This document shows positions 61,426-64,000 of a stretch of DNA of 64,000 nucleotides, piece after piece (within the stretch, counting starts at the first letter, position 1; every line of letters starts with the position of its first letter). Origin of the DNA: Prevotella sp. (GTDB lineage: Bacteria; Bacteroidota; Bacteroidia; Bacteroidales; Bacteroidaceae); NCBI GenBank assembly GCA_015060555.1, contig SUYG01000013.1:9174-73173 (forward strand). The letters are read 5' to 3'. Both the position numbers and the translations under genes were made by a program. A model generated the notes under the pieces. The model was given only the letters and a program-made list of their open reading frames with translations, was not told the origin of the DNA and ran no database searches.

Positions 61426-62757
61426 ATGAATACACGAAAAATTCTTCTCACACTGGCGCTGCTGCCGGTGGCGGCAATGGCACAGACGTGGTCGCTACAG
61501 CAATGTCTGGACTATGCCACAGAACACAACATCACGATTCAAAAGAACCGTCTCTCTGAGCAGGACGCCCTCGAACAGCTGAAGCAGAGGAAGGCGGCAC
61601 TCTTCCCCACCCTATCCTTTTCCATGAGTCAGAGCCTCGGCTACAGACCCTTCCAGGAAGCCACGGTCATCGTGCAGAACGGTATGGCCACCAGCACCAA
61701 CAACAAGCTCACCGAGAACGGTAGCTACGGACTGAATGCCAACTGGACCATCTGGGACGGAGGCATCAACCGCAAGAATATCCAGGCACAAAAGGTGCAG
61801 ACGGAGATCTCCGAGGTGCAGACCGACCAGTCCCTGAAGACCATACAGGAGAAAATTGCACACCTCTACGTGCAGATTCTCTACACCATCGAGGCCCAAC
61901 GTGTCAACGAGCAGCTCGCAGCCACCGCAAAGAAGCAATTAGAGCGCGGACAGGAACGTCTGAAGGTGGGCGATCTGGCCAAGGCCGATGTGGCACAGCT
62001 GGAGTCGCAGTATGCCACTGCCCAGTACGACGTGGTGAACGCCGAGTCGCAGGTGGCCGGCTATAAGCGCCAGCTGAAGGAACTGTTGCAACTGGACATC
62101 ACACAGCCCTTTGATGTGTCGGCCGACGAGATGGACGACAGCCGAGCCCTCGCCCCCATTCCTTCTAAGATGGAAGTGTTCGAGCAGGCACTGCTCTCAC
62201 GTCCTGAGATACGTGCGGCTGAGCTGCAGCAGGACGCTGCCGACGTGCAGCTGAACATCGCCAAGCGCGGCTATTACCCCACCATCAGCATGAATGCCGG
62301 CATCGGCGACAGCCACTACAGCGCCTCGGACGACAACCTCGGACGTCAGCTCAAGCTGAACCTGAACGGAAGCATCGGCCTCGGCGTGAGTGTGCCCATC
62401 TTTGACCAGCGCCGCAACAGGACGGCCGTCAACCGCGCGAAAATTGCCAAGACGAGCGCTGCCCTCGACCTGCAGGACAAGCGCACGACGCTGGGCTCTA
62501 CCATCGAGAACCTGTGGCTGGAGGCTACCACCTCGCAGCAGCGTTTCATCAGTGCCGATGCAGCCTTGAAGAGCATGGAGACCAACTACGAGCTCATCAA
62601 CGAGCAGTTCAAGGAAGGACTCAAGAACATCGTGGATTTGCTGCAGGCACGCGACAACCTGCTGAAAGCCGAGCAGAACAAGCTCCAAAGCAAATACACC
62701 ACCATCCTCAACACCCAGCTGCTGAAGTTTTATCAAGGCGGGCTGATTGAAATCTGA
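61426..62757 (+). CDS. TolC-family outer membrane efflux protein
   Basis: 443 aa with a signal peptide. The motif SLQQCLDYATEHNITIQ and the duplicated helical/beta repeat layout are typical of the outer membrane factor family. Confidence 0.88.
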   Translation: MNTRKILLTLALLPVAAMAQTWSLQQCLDYATEHNITIQKNRLSEQDALEQLKQRKAALFPTLSFSMSQSLGYRPFQEATVIVQNGMATSTNNKLTENGSYGLNANWTIWDGGINRKNIQAQKVQTEISEVQTDQSLKTIQEKIAHLYVQILYTIEAQRVNEQLAATAKKQLERGQERLKVGDLAKADVAQLESQYATAQYDVVNAESQVAGYKRQLKELLQLDITQPFDVSADEMDDSRALAPIPSKMEVFEQALLSRPEIRAAELQQDAADVQLNIAKRGYYPTISMNAGIGDSHYSASDDNLGRQLKLNLNGSIGLGVSVPIFDQRRNRTAVNRAKIAKTSAALDLQDKRTTLGSTIENLWLEATTSQQRFISADAALKSMETNYELINEQFKEGLKNIVDLLQARDNLLKAEQNKLQSKYTTILNTQLLKFYQGGLIEI

Positions 62758-62830
62758 GCTGAGAAAAAGAGAAGATGAGACAAGCGTAAAATAAATAGGA
62801 AACAAATACAAAGAAAAGACAAAGAACAAT

Positions 62831-63994
62831 ATGAGACACTACATTCATTTTGCATTGTTCGCTGCGGCAATAACCGTACTCACCGCCTGCGGTTCCAAGC
62901 CCACGGCTGAATACCAGACGACAACGGTGGAGAAGGGAAACATCTCGACCACCGTCACGGCCACAGGAACCATCGAGCCCGTCACGAGCGTGGAAGTGGG
63001 TACACAGGTCAGCGGCATCGTCGCTAAGATCTATGTGGATTACAACTCCGAGGTGAAGGCTGGGCAGGTCATCGCTGAACTTGACCGCACCAACCTCCTC
63101 AGCAACCTCGAGAGCCAGCGTGCCAACCTCACCAGCGCCGAGGGAACACTCGCTTATCAGACCGCTAACTTCGAGCGCCACAAGGCTCTTTACAATAAAG
63201 GATTAATTAGTGCCAACGAGTTCGAGCAGGCCCGCCTCTCCTATGTCCAGGCACAGCAGCAGGTGAACACCGCACGCCAGAGCGTGAAGCGCGCACAGAC
63301 GGATCTCGGCTATGCCACCATCACCTCGCCCATCAACGGCGTGGTGCTGAACAAGGCCGTCGAAGAGGGACAGACTGTGGCTGCCTCCTTCAGCACCCCT
63401 ACCCTGTTCACCATCGCACAGGATCTCACAGATATGCGAGTGATTGCAGATATCGACGAGGCGGACATTGGCGATGTCAAGGAGGGCCAGCGCGTCACGT
63501 TCACCGTGGATGCCTTCCCCAATGACACTTTCCAGGGTCAGGTCACGCAGGTGCGCCAGCAGGCCACCACGGAGAGCAATGTCGTCACCTACGAAGTGGT
63601 CATCAGCGCTCCCAATGCCGACCTGAAGCTGAAGCCGGGTCTGACAGCCAATGTCACCATTTTCACCCTGGAGAAGAACGATGTCCTCACCGTCAGCGCC
63701 AAGGCCCTGCGCTTTGCGCCCAACGAGGCGCTCATCGCAGAGGACGAGACCATCGAGGGCTGCGAGGCTCCCCATAAGCTGTGGGTTCGCAAGGGTAAGA
63801 CCTTCAAGGCCATCCCTGTGGAGACGGGCGTCACCAACGGCACCACCACCGAGATAGTCTCGGGCATCGCTGCCGGCACGGAAGTGCTCGAAGATATGGA
63901 GTTCGGCGGTGCCGCGGAGGATGCTTCTGCCCAGCAGAACAAGAACCCGTTCATGCCCGGACCGCGTAATAACAATAAGAACCAGAAGAAGTAA
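62831..63994 (+). CDS. efflux transporter periplasmic adaptor subunit (HlyD/MacA-like)
   Basis: 387 aa with lipoprotein signal FAAAITVLTAC. It has a lipoyl-like hairpin (AELDRT...coiled coil...ITSPINGVV) and a beta-barrel domain. It lies downstream of the tolC-like gene. Confidence 0.88.
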   Translation: MRHYIHFALFAAAITVLTACGSKPTAEYQTTTVEKGNISTTVTATGTIEPVTSVEVGTQVSGIVAKIYVDYNSEVKAGQVIAELDRTNLLSNLESQRANLTSAEGTLAYQTANFERHKALYNKGLISANEFEQARLSYVQAQQQVNTARQSVKRAQTDLGYATITSPINGVVLNKAVEEGQTVAASFSTPTLFTIAQDLTDMRVIADIDEADIGDVKEGQRVTFTVDAFPNDTFQGQVTQVRQQATTESNVVTYEVVISAPNADLKLKPGLTANVTIFTLEKNDVLTVSAKALRFAPNEALIAEDETIEGCEAPHKLWVRKGKTFKAIPVETGVTNGTTTEIVSGIAAGTEVLEDMEFGGAAEDASAQQNKNPFMPGPRNNNKNQKK

Positions 63995-64000
63995 TGGAGA

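Overview
The window reads as core chromosome from a Bacteroidota genome, probably Prevotellaceae-like. This rests on TAnnTTTG -7 promoter boxes, a T9SS C-terminal sorting tail, and domain families typical of Bacteroidales. Product names come from motifs I recognise in the translations; no database search was possible.

Gene content in order:
- A DNA-maintenance block: recN, a DUF4835/PorD-like gene, coaBC, a DnaQ-like exonuclease, dnaN, DUF3127, a zinc-ribbon FHA protein and an HU-like/SPOR protein.
- An AddA/AddB-like helicase-nuclease pair.
- A 13 kb minus-strand arabinose/galactose locus: galM, a fucP-family permease, galK, a lipoprotein galM, an MFS sugar porter, an SSS symporter, a NUDIX AraR-like regulator, araD, two unknown paralogous small proteins and araA.
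- An aminotransferase, an FtsX/LolE-like permease, nadC, a DUF5686-like protein and a patatin-like lipase.
- A DNA2/Upf1-like nuclease-helicase packed tightly against an mltF-like gene and udk.
- A large multidomain T9SS metalloprotease and uvrD/pcrA.
- A translationally coupled cluster of two TPR proteins, a tandem (double) histidine kinase and a response regulator.
- gyrA, followed by about 1 kb of repeat-rich non-coding DNA.
- A condensation-like acyltransferase plus DUF1294.
- An ABC ATPase with a polytopic membrane partner, divergent from a TolC/periplasmic-adaptor efflux operon.

I saw no rRNA, tRNA, CRISPR array, transposase, integrase or prophage genes.

I cannot point to a clear new multi-gene protein system. 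The most unusual signals are non-coding or small:
1. A conserved ~53-nt, pseudoknot-capable element ends 5-8 nt upstream of the start codons of araA, the SSS symporter gene and galK.
2. Arrays of (CTTTAAAC/CTTGAAC)n lie directly upstream of araD, udk and the ABC ATPase gene.
3. A dispersed composite repeat family has a conserved palindromic core joined to locus-specific 22-nt tandem repeats; one copy sits inside a MITE-like element with ~80-bp terminal inverted repeats.
4. A nested inverted-repeat and AT-palindrome structure, plus ~21-nt periodic direct repeats, lies upstream of gyrA.
5. Two paralogous unknown proteins are embedded between araD and araA.
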